Shown piece by piece: positions 1-16,810 of a DNA stretch of 64,000 bases. How positions within the stretch are numbered: position 1 is the first letter of the stretch; every line of letters starts with the position of its first letter. A model generated the notes under the pieces. It was not told where the DNA came from. It saw nothing but the letters and a program-made list of their open reading frames with translations, and did not search any database. The stretch lies in the NCBI RefSeq assembly GCF_009914755.1, contig NC_060933.1. One strand, written 5' to 3'. Source of the DNA: the human T2T-CHM13v2.0 reference genome, Homo sapiens. The translations under genes were made by a program, and so were the position numbers.

Positions 1-616
<616 letters not shown>

Positions 617-691
617 TAAAAAGATGTCACTGAGAAAAAAATTAGACTGGCTTCCCTCCTTCAAGTTCTGTCTGAATTAAGTTGAACTTGA

Positions 692-1171
<480 letters not shown>

Positions 1172-1267
1172 TAATTAGGATAAACTCTGAACTAGACTTA
1201 TGAAAACTCCCCGAAAATAGCAATGGAAGGAGTTTGGGCTGGCAGCTGGCCGAATTCCGTGTAGACA

Positions 1268-1337
1268 CACTTGGCGAGCGGTGCCTTCGAATCATCCACT
1301 TGGCGAGAGGTGCCTTCAAATCATCCACCTGGAGAGG
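1268..1337. repeat. 29-bp tandem repeat, ~2.4 copies
   Basis: cacttggcgagcggtgccttcgaatcatc / cacttggcgagaggtgccttcaaatcatc / cacctggagagg. Confidence 0.9.
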
Positions 1338-1571
1338 CTCATTATGTGGGTGAAACATATGGGGCTGGAGCTGGGGAGATAAGTCAGACTTGAAAACAAG
1401 GAGTCCCGGGTCACAAACATCTGGATGGAGAACGGCTGAAGTCTTGGAATTAACTGATTCTTGTTCCCATAAGAAAATAACAGGGCCATGGCCCCAGGAA
1501 GGTGATTTCCCAGAGGCCAATAATTAACATAACTTTTCATTATTCAAAAGAATAACACACTTTCCTTGAGC

Positions 1572-1573
<2 letters not shown>

Positions 1574-1605
<32 letters not shown>
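1574..1605. repeat. (TG)n microsatellite
   Basis: About 16 uninterrupted GT units. Confidence 0.97.
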
Positions 1606-1607
<2 letters not shown>

Positions 1608-2607
1608 CACAATATGCATGCACACACCTGTGGGCCATGGGGTGGGTCCAGGACAGCAACACACGCCAGCCAAGGGCTCTGGTGCTCTGACTTCGGGAAG
1701 GCAGCACGCCCCACCCCACCACTTCCCTCCCACTAGAAGCAGGACCTGTGTATGGGCCTATACTCATCTAAATGTGCCACGTTTCAGCAGAGCAGGAAAA
1801 ACAAAACCCACATATGAAATATGAGACAGGCAGCCTAGCATTAATCTCCAAGCACGACCAACACTGCCGCTGAGTCAGCTTGGATAACCCGGGCCTCGGA
1901 AGGTCCATCTGTGGAGGCACCGCCTTTTCTTCAAGCTTTGTTCTCCATATACACACCCTCCTCACCCCCAATTAAACAGGGATAGAAGGGAAAGCAATGT
2001 CTTATGGTGGTAAATCCTTTAACCTTCAAGGATATCCACCTCCCTCAACATGCACAAGCTTTAGTCCCACACATCACAGCGCTCACGCGTGTGGACAGGC
2101 CAGGGCAGCACCCAAGGAAGAGCCACGAGTGGAAGGCCTGAGTTAGCAACCATCAGAGTTCATGGCTAAGAATCCATGGTACCATGTCTTGCTGTCACGC
2201 TGCACACAGGGCTAAGCCAAGGCGATACTACTATTCGCTGTTCAACTCTCCATTTATACAGACAGGACACACCTCTTGACCAACAATGAAAGAATGCGAA
2301 CTGTTGTGCATTTTCTATAGAAGTGGCCCAAAAGAGGTGTCACTGATTGATAAACTGGTCGAGTAAAAGAATCAGAGAAACTGTGGATTATTGTTTTAAG
2401 CTCACTGATTCTCTCCTATCTTTGGTTAAGGTCCAGAGATATCGTAAGCATATCATCACGGTGGGGCGGGGGAGGAGTCAGTCTACTGAAACAGAATCAG
2501 GGTCACTGGGGAAAAGAAACTCATGGCTGCAGAAAGATGACAGCCAGTGGGCTGCTACTACACACTACAAAGTCAAAGGATGTCCTCGTGTGGAAAAGCC
2601 CTCTGCC

Positions 2608-3165
<558 letters not shown>

Positions 3166-3466
3166 AAAGGTGGGAATAGAAAAAAGTATTTGTAGAAAAC
3201 TTTAATTCCCCCATGGAAAAAAAATCCAAAAGATACTTCAGGAAAAAATAATGAAAAAGTTCAACAAAGTTGTGGGTGTAAGATTTGTATTTAAAATTTA
3301 ATGCCTTTCTCAACCACCACTAGCACACAATTTAAAAATAAAATTTGGGAGAGAAAGATTATCAGTATCATTAGCAGAATCAATGAACCACCTGGAAACA
3401 TACTTAAGAAAGATATGCCGGGTCGTCATGGAGAAAATTATAAAACTATATTGCAAAGGGCACAGA

Positions 3467-3782
<316 letters not shown>

Positions 3783-3950
3783 TTAAAGAAATATCAAACT
3801 ACAAACTAGAAACAGCAGCATTAGTTCTCCCCTAATCAATCAAACTTCTATTCAATTCTAATACAAAGATATAAAATTCACAAGGAAAAGAACAAGGCAA
3901 ATAACAGGAAAGATAATTTAGAAAAATGGTATGGTAATAAGGTGGGTCAA

Positions 3951-4270
3951 TCATCAGTTTAGGCTGCCATAACTAATATCATAGACGGTGGCTTAAGCAA
4001 CAGAATGTATTTTCTCACACTCTGGAGGCTGGAAGTCCAACATCAAGGTGCCAGCCACTTTGGCTCCTGGTGGGGGTTCTCCTCCTGCCTTCCAGATGGC
4101 ACCTGAGATCTCTGTATCTCTTCCTCTTGTATAAAGACACCAGTACTCTTGGATCAGGGCTCCACCCTTATGACCTTATTTAACCTTAACCACCTTTCTA
4201 AAGGTCCTGTCTCCAGTACAGGCTCTGTCACCACATGAATTTGGTGGGAAACACATTTCAGTCCATAGCA
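3951..4270 (-). mobile_element. MaLR solo LTR (MLT1-type)
   Basis: ggctgccataac...tctggaggctggaagtccaacatcaaggtg...cacatttcagtccatagca. Confidence 0.75.
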
Positions 4271-4566
4271 GTAGAGGAGGGTATGTTTCCCTATATATGG
4301 CAAGATATATTACAAAGCTGTACTGTTAGCATACTGTGGAATTCGTCCAGGAACAGAAGCTATAGGGACAAAACAGCCTATAAGCAGACCCCCATCTATA
4401 GAAATTTCACACAGGACAGGGGTGATATTAAATTTAATGATTACAGATTAGGTAATTCATTAGATGATGCCAAGACTCCAGGCCATCTGTAGAGAAAAAT
4501 GTTATAGGAGAATACTAGCTTATACCAGCATAAAAATAAATTCTAGATGGAGTAATAACTATGTAA

Positions 4567-4917
<351 letters not shown>

Positions 4918-4954
4918 GAAAAACACATATCCTAACAGAAACATGGACAAAGTG

Positions 4955-5553
4955 CAGGCTATTTTAGTTATCTACCATAGTTATTTTCTATAATGTCACG
5001 ACAAACACTGAATTAGTGAATATTGAGCCACTGTTCCCAGGGAAAATACAGTTAGTTTTCTGAGAGCCTCTGGTTAAAACATTTGCTTCAACCAATCAAT
5101 ACACATCTTGTTTTATGTACATTTTTGGTTAAAGACATCTTATTTGATGTATATTATTGATTCGTGGAAAACGCACAGCCTCTAACAACACATCTTCTCC
5201 GTAAGGCACATCACAGCTCCCTGCACTTGGGACACCAGATGGCACTTCAGCGCCACGCCTGGGAGCCATTTACAACAGCAGAATCACCAACAGAAAGCAC
5301 ACAAATAGGAAAAACGTGACACTAAGTAGACAGAAAGGATATGTGCTCACAGTATGAGGACTAGAACAAGAAGGCAGTGTAGTTTGGTTCAGTCTCAGCT
5401 GGAAACATGTGTCAGGGAGCTCAGGTTTTTCTCCACTCTGTGCATGTCCAAGAATGACCATGAAAATACCACGAGTGTTGATTTGGGGGACACGAAGTTT
5501 AGTGAATAAGCAAATTTGCAAATATGGAATCTGAAAATAATGAGGATAGGCTG
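4955..5553 (-). mobile_element. MER82-like non-autonomous TcMar-Tigger DNA transposon, copy 1
   Basis: aacactgaattagtgaatattgagccactg...aatcaccaacagaaagcac...ggaatctgaaaataatgaggataggctg; colinear with 12396-13027. Confidence 0.75.
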
Positions 5554-5599
5554 GATACACACAGGCAATGCAATGGCTTTTAGAACGACAAAATGATGT

Positions 5600-8500
5600 T
5601 CAACCTCACTATTTACTGGTGAAATGTAATGTAAAATTACTATTTGACACCTAAGATGCTGGCAACATTTTAAGTTCTGATAATACCATGTGCTAGAAAA
5701 CATGAGGAAATAATAACTCATGTGTTGCAGGTGAGGCTATGAATGACTTGGCCATCATAGAGGGCAATCTGGCCATTCCTGGGAGAGGTGGGAGATGCAC
5801 ACCCGTAATCCTGCTTCCTGATCTCTGTCCCTGGAGGACTTTCACCCATAGGGACAAAGAGACTTGGGATGCACAGTCACTATAAGAGGGTCCCTATCAG
5901 TGAAAAGAACTAACCTTCACTCGGCAGTCAATGCATGATTCAAGTGGAAACTGACTCACAGAATGGAATACTGTATATTAGTTAAAATGAATTTAACTAT
6001 GTATTAACATGGACTTTCAGACTGGAAAGGTCTCCACATCAACCTCCCAAAAAAAGTCTAGTTATGCATCATTTACAAGAGACCTACATAAAACAGAACA
6101 CAAAAAGGTGAAAGACTAAAGAGTGGGACAGGAATCATAAAAACGGTTCCTGGCAAATGCAAATTTAAAAAGCATGTGGAACTCTATTATTGTTAGGCAA
6201 AACTGAATTCAAGGCAAAAAGCACTAAAAGGGACTGTAAAAAGAAACCAAAAAACCCCACAAAAACCTATATAACCTTAAAATACACACAAAATATTAAA
6301 AATAGAGAACTAATAGAAACTAGCAAATCCAGATTGAGTGTGGGTGACTTTCACAAATCTTCAGGTATCTGGTACTCATGTGGATAAAAAATATATAGAT
6401 ATTTTTAATAACATACTTAATACTCAATCTCACAGATGAGTCAAGAAATGTGCAGATACATCAAAGCACACGTATTTTTGAAACAACAGGCAAGATTCAC
6501 AAAAATGGACCGTATCTAACTGGTTACAAAGAAAAATCTCAATAAATTATCAAGAATAAAACATAAACAGCCCATATTCACTAATAATAATGCAACAAAA
6601 ATCAGAAAACAGTATCAAACAACAGAAGCCTAAATGCGTGGTGGAAGCAGGGAGATGGTATTCAGAGGAAACTTTACAGCTTTAAATACATTTATTTGAA
6701 AATTTAAAAATGACTAGTAAAAATTGCTTTTTCAAGAGGCTGGAATGATATAAAAAATCACTTGAATCACTGCATACACCGGAATAGCTACACTTAAAAA
6801 GGCTGACCACACCAATGTTGGGAAATATGTGGAGTCATCACAAGTCTCCCACACTGTGGGTGGAGGTAAAAAGAGTTCAGGAGAAGGCCCAGGAATGTCT
6901 TATAAAATTAAGCACACACATGCCCTATAATGCAGCAATTCTACGCCTAGTTAACACTAACAGAAATGAAAATGCATGTCCACAAAAAGTATAGAGTATT
7001 CCTATACAAGGAACTTTATTCATAGTAGTCAAGCCTGGAATCTGCTTAGGTGTCCTTCAACAGGAGAATGGATAAATCAACGCGTATGTTCATACCATAA
7101 AATGCTATTCAGCAATAAACAGCTGTAACCTACTGATACATGTACAACACAGATGAATCTCAAAAGCACTATGCTAAAAGGACGCCAGGCTTAAGTGGCT
7201 ACATCCTGAAGGATTTCATTTCTGTGATGTTTAATAACAGGAAAAACTAGTCCATTACTTAAAAAATCAGAATAGTGGGTGCCTGGGGTAGAAGGGAGTT
7301 GACTAGGAAGTTGCACGACAGAGCCTGCAAGCGTGACAGAGATTCTGTATCTGGATAGGGTGTTTCGATTGCAGAGATTTATGCATTTGTCAGACCTTAT
7401 AGTGCTATACTTAAGATGTGTGCATTTCACTGGTATGCAAATTTTAACTGAAGAAGGAGGAGCAAGAATCATAAACAGATACTGAACTCTCATTAATGAT
7501 ATATATGCTGAAGTATTTCAGGGTAAATGTACAAGTATCTGCAACTCAGTGAAATGAATGAAAAATCAGATGGATTGATGGACAGATGGAGGCTGGATGG
7601 AACGATAAGTGATAAAGTTAGCACAGTAAAATGTAAATGCTAGCATCTAGCTGGTGAGTATACAGGAGCCCACTATAAAATTCTTTCAACCGTATGTTTG
7701 AAATTTTTCATTATAAAATGTTAAGAAAAAGAAAACACCTCAAAACACAAAGGAAAGTAGTCCTTGATAAGAAAATTCAATTTAGATATTAATTCTCACC
7801 AAACTGACCTAAAAATTCATTGTAATTCCAATCAAACTACCATCAGAATCTTTCAAGGAAATCATGACATTCTTTAACAAGACATAACATGAAAAACAAA
7901 TTATTAATTTGTAAAAGTTTTAATTTCTATATGATCAAGAAATAAGACATAAAGAATTATCAAAATTCATTAAGAAACAATGTAAAGGAAAAATGAGCGA
8001 AGAATATGAAGTGGCAATTGACAAAGAGGAGACATGAGTGCCAAGCAATGTGTGTCCACATGCTCAGCCTCACTAGTAACCAGGGAAATGGAGAACAAAG
8101 CAGGTCATTTATTCATTTTTCATCCTTCAGAGTGGCAGAAGTTAACAAGTTTGGAAGTCATCTTATGGAAGATAAGGAGAAATGGGTCCTTTGACGTTGT
8201 CGGGAAAGTAACCTACGAATGACCATTTGGCAGTATCAGTTTTAAAAAGGGGATGCCTGTGCCCCTTTAGTTTTTCCTCTTCAGAATCTCTCCTAGAGAA
8301 ACCCAGCCACAGGTCTCAGGGCCAGGGAAGGGAGACGCGGTGGCACGAGTGGCTGGGATGAGGCTTCCCTGATGGGAATGCCTGTCACAATGGAACAGTC
8401 ACATGCTCTGCACATGAGTCCAGAAACAGGGAAAGAGAGCATCTGGAAACCTCAAATACACTGAGATGGAAAGATTTCTGTGAATACTGTTAACTAAACA

Positions 8501-8620
8501 TGTCAAGTATAGCATCATTTATGTAAAAAAGTATATAAAACTGATAAGAGGTATTTCTTTTTAAAAATATTTTTGTGTTTATTGTCAAATAGCACTCCAG
8601 AAATTTCTCATCAATAGTGT
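5600..8620 (+). mobile_element. Degraded ancient L1 (L1ME/L1MC-type) ORF2 and 3' fragments
   Basis: A-rich, with L1 3' motifs such as gaaatgaaaatgcatgtccacaaaaag, acaggagaatggataaa and atgtgtgcatttcactggtatg. Confidence 0.65.
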
Positions 8621-8889
8621 ATAGGTAAGCATATTTCTTCATTGCCTCAATAATACTGAGTAATTTATGTGCTTTTAGACCTTTTTTCAAGTTGATTGTT
8701 TTGTATTTCCTTAGGTAGATGTATGTATGTACTGAGTGCCTACAAACTCCCTGGATGATTTACCTTTATGACAAGGGAGGCAGGAGGCCTGGAAGGATGG
8801 GAGGTCAGGCGGGACTTTCCGAAACTGCCCCAGTCATTTACATCAATGTGTGGATTAAATCCATAACTTAAAGTGAGAAGAAAGTCAAT

Positions 8890-9400
<511 letters not shown>

Positions 9401-9585
9401 AAATATAAAATAAGAGAGAACAATAGTTCAACTTTTGAAATGACTTATATGCCTTTTTCCAAAGCCCCATAATTGTGCTCATGATGCAATTTCTTCTTTC
9501 CTTACTCTGTGTCTGAAGGACTATTAAGGAAAAATGCTCCATCACTATTGCTCAGCACAGAATCTTCCCAAATATCTTCCCTCTA

Positions 9586-9870
9586 GGTCAGGTGTGGTGG
9601 CACACACCTACAATCCCAGTGATTTGGGAGGGCGAGACAGGAGGATTGCTCGAGGCAAGAGTTTGTCACCAGTCTGGACAGCATAGTGAGACCCCATCTC
9701 TACAAAAAATAAGAAAAAATTATCCGGGTGTGTGGTGGCACGCACCTGCAGTCCCAGCTACTTGGGAGGCTGAAGGGGGAGGATGGCCTGAGCCCAGGAG
9801 TACAAGACTACAGTAAGCTGTGATCGTGCCACTGCACTCCAGTCTGGGTGAAAAGCCAGGCCTGTCTATT
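9586..9870 (+). mobile_element. Old Alu (AluJ-like)
   Basis: Diverged dimeric Alu with AluJ-type ggaggattgc/gagcccaggag positions. Confidence 0.85.
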
Positions 9871-10227
9871 TGGGGGGGGAAAAAAATCTGCCCTCTGCAA
9901 GCAAGCTGCTGATGTCTGCTGAGACAGGTCGCTGCCCTGCCCAGCCTCCCAACGTGGTGTTGCAGCACATCATGGGTGGGTAATGGGTATAAGGCCCAGG
10001 GAAACAGAAATCAGCCAACACTGCACACTTTACCAACCATATAGTGTTCATGCTATTGTTCAGAACATCTCAAAGTGAAGCACTGCTCTCCAATATGTCT
10101 GAGGAGGAAATGCAGGAAACCCGGACAGTCACTGCTCATCTCAAACACCGGCAATGGAATGAGCACTCCTCTGGGTACACGATGGGAGAGTGTGGGCAGT
10201 TCAGAGGGGACTCTCCCAAGACAGCCT

Positions 10228-10360
10228 GGCCACAGTGGAATAACCTCGTACTGGGAAACCAGAGGCCTGAGTTCAAAGCCACTGCTGTCAGCAGCTCGTG
10301 AAGGAGTGTGAGCCTGGCTGTGAGCCTCGGTCTCCTCATCTGCAAGGTGGGGTTGAGACT
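10228..10360 (+). mobile_element. MIR fragment
   Basis: ggcctgagttcaaagcc...gagcctcggtctcctcatctgcaaggtgggg core. Confidence 0.6.
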
Positions 10361-10786
10361 CCCACCCACTGCCACGGGGTGGCCCAAGGCTCAGGGGCAC
10401 ACATTTATTAACTGCAGCTGGTAGTGCTGGGATTTCAGAGTGAATTACGTCCCTGTTTCCCAATGTCCTAATGAGCCGGTATCCTTCCTGGTGCCCAGGC
10501 AACCTGGCCTGTATATTTATACTCCTCTCAGTAGCCCTGTGTAAGGTCACAATCACAGAAAGAAATTAACCATTTTTGTTTTTCTGACTTTTTTTCTGTA
10601 CAAGAAACATGAAAAATGTAAATGTTTCCCAACCCTAAGCAAGCACGTGGCCACCCCTGTGTGAAGCCCAGCCAACTTCTAGCAAATTCGGCAAAGACAT
10701 GAGCTGGCAGGATTTAAACCCCGGATTCCTACATAACAAAAACCCTCAGAGCAGCAGAACACGGCTTGGGGAAAACAGATACTTAC

Positions 10787-10817
10787 TGAAAGTTATGATT
10801 TGGGCTGTGCGTTGGAC
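10787..10817 (-). CDS. ROR2: ROR2 coding exon 4 (31 nt, phase 1-2), linker (G)PTHSPNHNF(Q) between the Ig and Frizzled-like CRD domains
   Basis: Minus strand reads GTCCAACGCACAGCCCAAATCATAACTTTCA, flanked by the strong acceptor gtttcctctttttag and donor gtaagt (10786-10781). Continues the ROR2 peptide in frame after exon 3. Confidence 0.95.
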
Positions 10818-11424
10818 CTAAAAAGAGGAAACAAAAAGACAAGTTATTAATACTCCATGATTTGGAATACAACCTTCTTCAAATCAGGCCAGTGGCAAAC
10901 AGGCTGAAGCCAGCGGGCTCACTGGTGGGCAGCTGTCCTCGGGCCTCAGGCTCCACTCGTGATTACGTCAGCAAGGCTGGAAACCACACACAAGGGAAGG
11001 GGTGCTTTGTCACTGAGGATATCTTTGTTTTTGGAGTTTTTGCTGTCCTTACTCTCTCTCTTCTCATCTAGTCTTTACACACAAAATCTGTTTTACTACT
11101 TATGATCGGATGGCGTGGGCTTCGGTGGCAGGGCCGGGGCGTTTGCTGCCTGGGAGTTTTTCACAGGTGGGATGAAGGGGGACACAGTCCTTCCTGCCAC
11201 TTAATTCCTTCACCAGGTGTGACGAGCACAGAGACTCAGAATCTCTGGTCATCGCACTCAGCTCTCTCCCCACCCCAGCCAGGTCAGCCTCGGGCCCTAC
11301 CTAGCCGTCCTGCAGTGTGGCCACTCTCCCACTGACACCTGACCTCCTAACAAACAGCCTTCCTGCTAAACACCTCAGCTCCTCGTGTGTGCCTGGGATT
11401 GTCTTCTGGGCTCCAGGTCCATAA

Positions 11425-11785
<361 letters not shown>

Positions 11786-11856
11786 CTATTTTCTCTTATT
11801 ACTAGTAAATGGGTAACAGGTCAAGCTGGGCCCTGGGGCACATGGGGAAGGCCCTA

Positions 11857-12291
<435 letters not shown>

Positions 12292-12395
12292 TCACAAAAG
12301 AGCAAGCGTCAGTGAGGGCTGGAAGGAAGGGCTACCTGGGGGCTCTGCTATGAACTCTTCCAAGGGAAGGTTTCGATTTTTGTCACCTACTAAAA

Positions 12396-13027
12396 TAGGT
12401 TGTTATCTGCGGTAATTATCTTCTAGAAAGCTACAGGGAACACTGAATTAGTGAATACTGAACCACTGCTCCTATGGGAAATACAGAGTCAAATTCCTGT
12501 GAGCCTCTCGTCATAATACTTTCACCAACCAACCAATACATAACCTTGGTTTATGTGTGTTTCTGTTTAAAGACACCATATTCAATGTGTACTGTTGATT
12601 CCTTCACATTGAACCCATGGCCAACAGCCTCATAACTCATGCCTGAACGAAGCTTCTCTCACACACATTTTTTTCTCCATAAGGCATGTCGCAGCTTTCT
12701 TGCACTTAGGAACACCAGACCACTTCAGTGCTGTGCCTGGGGGCCATCATAAACAATAAAATCACCAACAAAAAGCCCAAATATGCAAGAAACTTGGCAC
12801 TAAATAGACCAAGAAAAGGCCACATGTTCACAATATGAGGGCAGAAACCAGGGAGCAGACCATCGCCTTGTTTAGCCCCAGCTGGGACACAAATTTTTCA
12901 CTGCCGTGGGCGTGTGTCTGTGAAAGGCCACAAAAGCACCGTAAGTATTGATTTGGAGGTTACAAATAGACTTTAGGTATTAGGTGAACTCACAATTACG
13001 GAATCTGCAAATGATGAGGATCAACTG
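12396..13027 (-). mobile_element. MER82-like DNA transposon, copy 2
   Basis: Ends in ...atgatgaggatcaactg (terminal repeat); homologous along its length to 4955-5553. Confidence 0.78.
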
Positions 13028-15067
13028 TGCTTCTCTTTCCAAACACTACATCTAACCCAGGCTGGTCAAAATGATGTAAATTCACGCTCAGAAAGTCCCT
13101 CCTCCTTGCCTACCATATCATTAAGCACAAAGCCACAGAAGTAAAATATTAAAAAAAGATGTGTGACAAAACATGGACATCCCCAAACCAAGCTAATCAC
13201 AGTCCTGTAAATAGAACAGAAGTTACAATGCTGATGAGGGGGAGCTGAAGGCTTTGTCCTGCTGCACCCAGGTCCAGAGCAGACAGAAGCAGTCCCGCGC
13301 ACACACACTAGGGGGCACACAGGGTCTTAAAGCACCCAGAATGGGGAGTGAGTGGGCTGCTCCTAAAATAGGAGCTGGAAACACTGCCCTGATAAGTGGG
13401 GAGCCCAGTACAGCCACAGGCAGGAGCTCTAGGGGGCAACGCAAGGCTACAGGGAACAAGGGGAAGTGAAAGGGACAAAGGAGGAGGGATGTGTGTGAGT
13501 ATGCATGTGTGGTGTTTGTGTGGTGCACATGTATGTGTGTGCCTGCACACGCAGGTGTGTGGTGTGGTCAAGAGGCTGGAGAACTACTCCGTCTCTTAAG
13601 AGGAACATGCAAATACAATTCTGTTAATGTAACATGTAGGGAAAACTAATGTTGGACAAGAAAGTTAATCATCAACATGAACTTACATCAGACAAAGCTA
13701 AAACAACACAGCAATCTGAAAATGACTTCAAAACAGATACATCCATGTTCTGAATCTTTTGGCTCATTTCTGGTTGGCCTTGATCCTTTCTTTTCAAGTG
13801 AAGTTGAAAGATGGCAGGCATCTGTTGTTACAGATTTAATCGGAAAATTATAGTATTTCTAGTGAACCCTAAGGGTAAGAAGTGTTGTAGGATCCTCCAG
13901 CATCTGTGGAGGTGGAGGTGATGGAGAGGTGGGGGAAGCCAGGCGGTGGATTTAAGATGAGGAGACGGTCTTCATTCACGGGACAGTGGAAACGCACCTG
14001 TCTGCAGAGTAGTCATTAATGAGCAGAGACCACTACTTATAATTATTATTAACATCATTAGGTTCTACCTGGATACTCTCCTAGCCAACCCTTTTCCATT
14101 CACTGAATTAAGTTATAGAAGGTACTTCTTATTGACAACATAAAGCTGGAAGGTCACTAAAATGCTGATGACAATTCTTTAAAAAGATAGGCTGAATCAG
14201 GCAGGGTAAAGTTCTGTATGTATGATCTTCATTAACTCAACCATACAGGCACAGCATGGGGAATCTGCATTCCCCATGCTCCCGTCTACTGGATCCCATG
14301 TCTTTGTTTCTCTGTTGAATGCAGTATCTAATCTGCTGTGACGATGTGAAGTGGTGGTTTTGATATAATCTGGGCTGCCCATCCCAGCATATCATTTCAC
14401 TGTGTTCTGGCCAGACTAGCATTGAAAAGAATATTGCTAAATGGCCAGCAGCTATACCTGGGAAGGTGCTGAGGCAGTGGCATATAAAGGCCTGCCCAGG
14501 TGGGAAGGGACCAGGATAGAGTCTCACGGACAGCACCACGTTCCAGCCAGGCCTTGAGGCAGCCATCTTCACATTATATTGGAAGCTCAGTGGGACCAGT
14601 ACTCAGATGGGGCCATCATTAGGTAACCTGATAATTTACAGCTGTCTCCCCAAGTAGGTGAGTAAAATTGAGCCTTCAGAAAGAAATCAGAAAGACAGAT
14701 AATGGAGAATAACTAGATTATATCCACAGTATCAACGCTCCCAAATTTTTCTCTAACCTCCCCACACTTCTTCCCCACTGGACAGGGAGTCCCTTGCTCT
14801 CTCCAAAGCACAGCAAGCTGGTTCCTTGTTGTTCAGTTGGCCAAGGCCACTCCTCAGTGTTCTTTGCTGTCTCTCATGTATCACACCTGCTGAAATGTCC
14901 CCTCCATGGAAGGTGTTTTCTGGCTGCCCATCTAAAACAAGCTCTATTCACTTCTAACCTTGCCTTTCCCCTCCCCACTAAATCACTTGGCTTGTTGCTG
15001 TGGCAACATCACATTTGTTAAATTATGATGACTGAAGTACGTTTGGACATTAAGAAAAACAACTGTG

Positions 15068-15403
<336 letters not shown>

Positions 15404-15905
15404 TCAATTTCATTGCTACTTTTCTCTTCTAAATTTTAAAATCATCCCAGCAAGTTCCATTTTAAAAGTAGGACTTTAATGGATAATTTGCATAAAACTA
15501 CCCACTTCATGATATTGAGAAAGCATGGTCTATGTATCTATTTCAGACCTTCTGAAGTATTCAGAAAAGCTTTGTAATTTTCTTAATATAGATCTTCACA
15601 TATATTTTTAGGTAGATTTCTAGCTGTTCTCTAATTTTTCTTACTATTGTAAATACTTTTTCTATTATTTCTGTCTAAATGACTTTAGGTTTATAGGGAA
15701 ACTATTAGATAGCAATCATCTACATAGTGTACTAATTTCCTGTGGCTGCTGTGACAAGTTACCACAAACAGGGGTGTAAAGCAACACATATCTTTCATCT
15801 TACAGTTATGGGGGTCAAAGTCCTCATATCCATGTGACACGGGCTGCCTTCCTTCTAGAGGCTCTGTGTGAGAACTGCTTTCCTCAAACCTTGCCAGGTT
15901 TCCAA

Positions 15906-16810
15906 TGAAACCAACCCAACAGTCCCATAGACCAGTGGTCCCCAGTCTTTTTAGCACCAGGGACCAGTCTCATGGAAGATAATCTTTCCATGGCCTGAGG
16001 TAGGGGCCTTGGTTTGGGGATAATTCAAGAGCATTACATTTATTGTGCACTTTATTTCTATTTATTTATACAACTCACCATAATGTGTAGAATCAGTGGG
16101 AGCCCTGAGCTTGTTCTCCTGCAACTAGTAGTCCCGTCTGGGAGTGACAGGAGACAGTGACAGATAATCAGGCATTAGACTCTCATAAGCGCACACCCTA
16201 GATCCCTCAGATGCACAGTTCACAATAGGGTTTGAGCTCCTATGAGAAGCTAATGCCACTGTTGATCTGACAGGAGGTGGCGCTCAGGTGGTAATGTAAT
16301 TGATAGGGAGTGGCTGTAAATACAGATGAAGCTTCACTTTCTCACCTACTGCTCACCTCCTGCTGTGTAGCCCAGTTCCTAACAGGCCACGCACCAGTAC
16401 CAGTCCATGGCTGGGAGGTTGAGGACCACTGCCATAGACAGTTCTTTTGGATAAACATAGAAATTGACCCTTCCTCAGGAAAGGACCTCTCAAAAAAGTA
16501 TCAAAGAATTGAAACTCACCAGATCATCACATCACATCCAGACAATAAGACACTAGGCCCCTCCATCATCAGGATGGCTTCCTTACCCCTTCCATGTTCC
16601 TGTTTTCCCACACATAGCTACCTTTCTTCCCTGCTATATAAAGCCCTCATTTTAATCAGACAGGGAGATGGATTTGAAGCTGAGCTCCCATCTCCTCAGC
16701 TGCATCACCGGATTAAAGCCTTCTTTCTTGGCAATAATTGTTGTCTCAGTGATTGGCTTTCCGTGTGGTGAGCAGCAGGACCTAGACCAAACCCCGGTGT
16801 TTCAGTAACA
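15906..16810 (+). mobile_element. ERV1 solo LTR (LOR1-like), copy A, interrupted by MER1A
   Basis: Termini TGAAACC...TAACA; TATATAAA 16635-16642; ATTAAA 16712-16717; reverse-complement homologue at 29229-29654. Confidence 0.75.
15933..16431. mobile_element. MER1A-like hAT-Charlie DNA transposon with perfect 8-bp TSD CCATAGAC
   Basis: Terminal inverted repeats cagtggtcccca / tgaggaccactg; TSD at 15925-15932 and 16432-16439. Confidence 0.88.
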
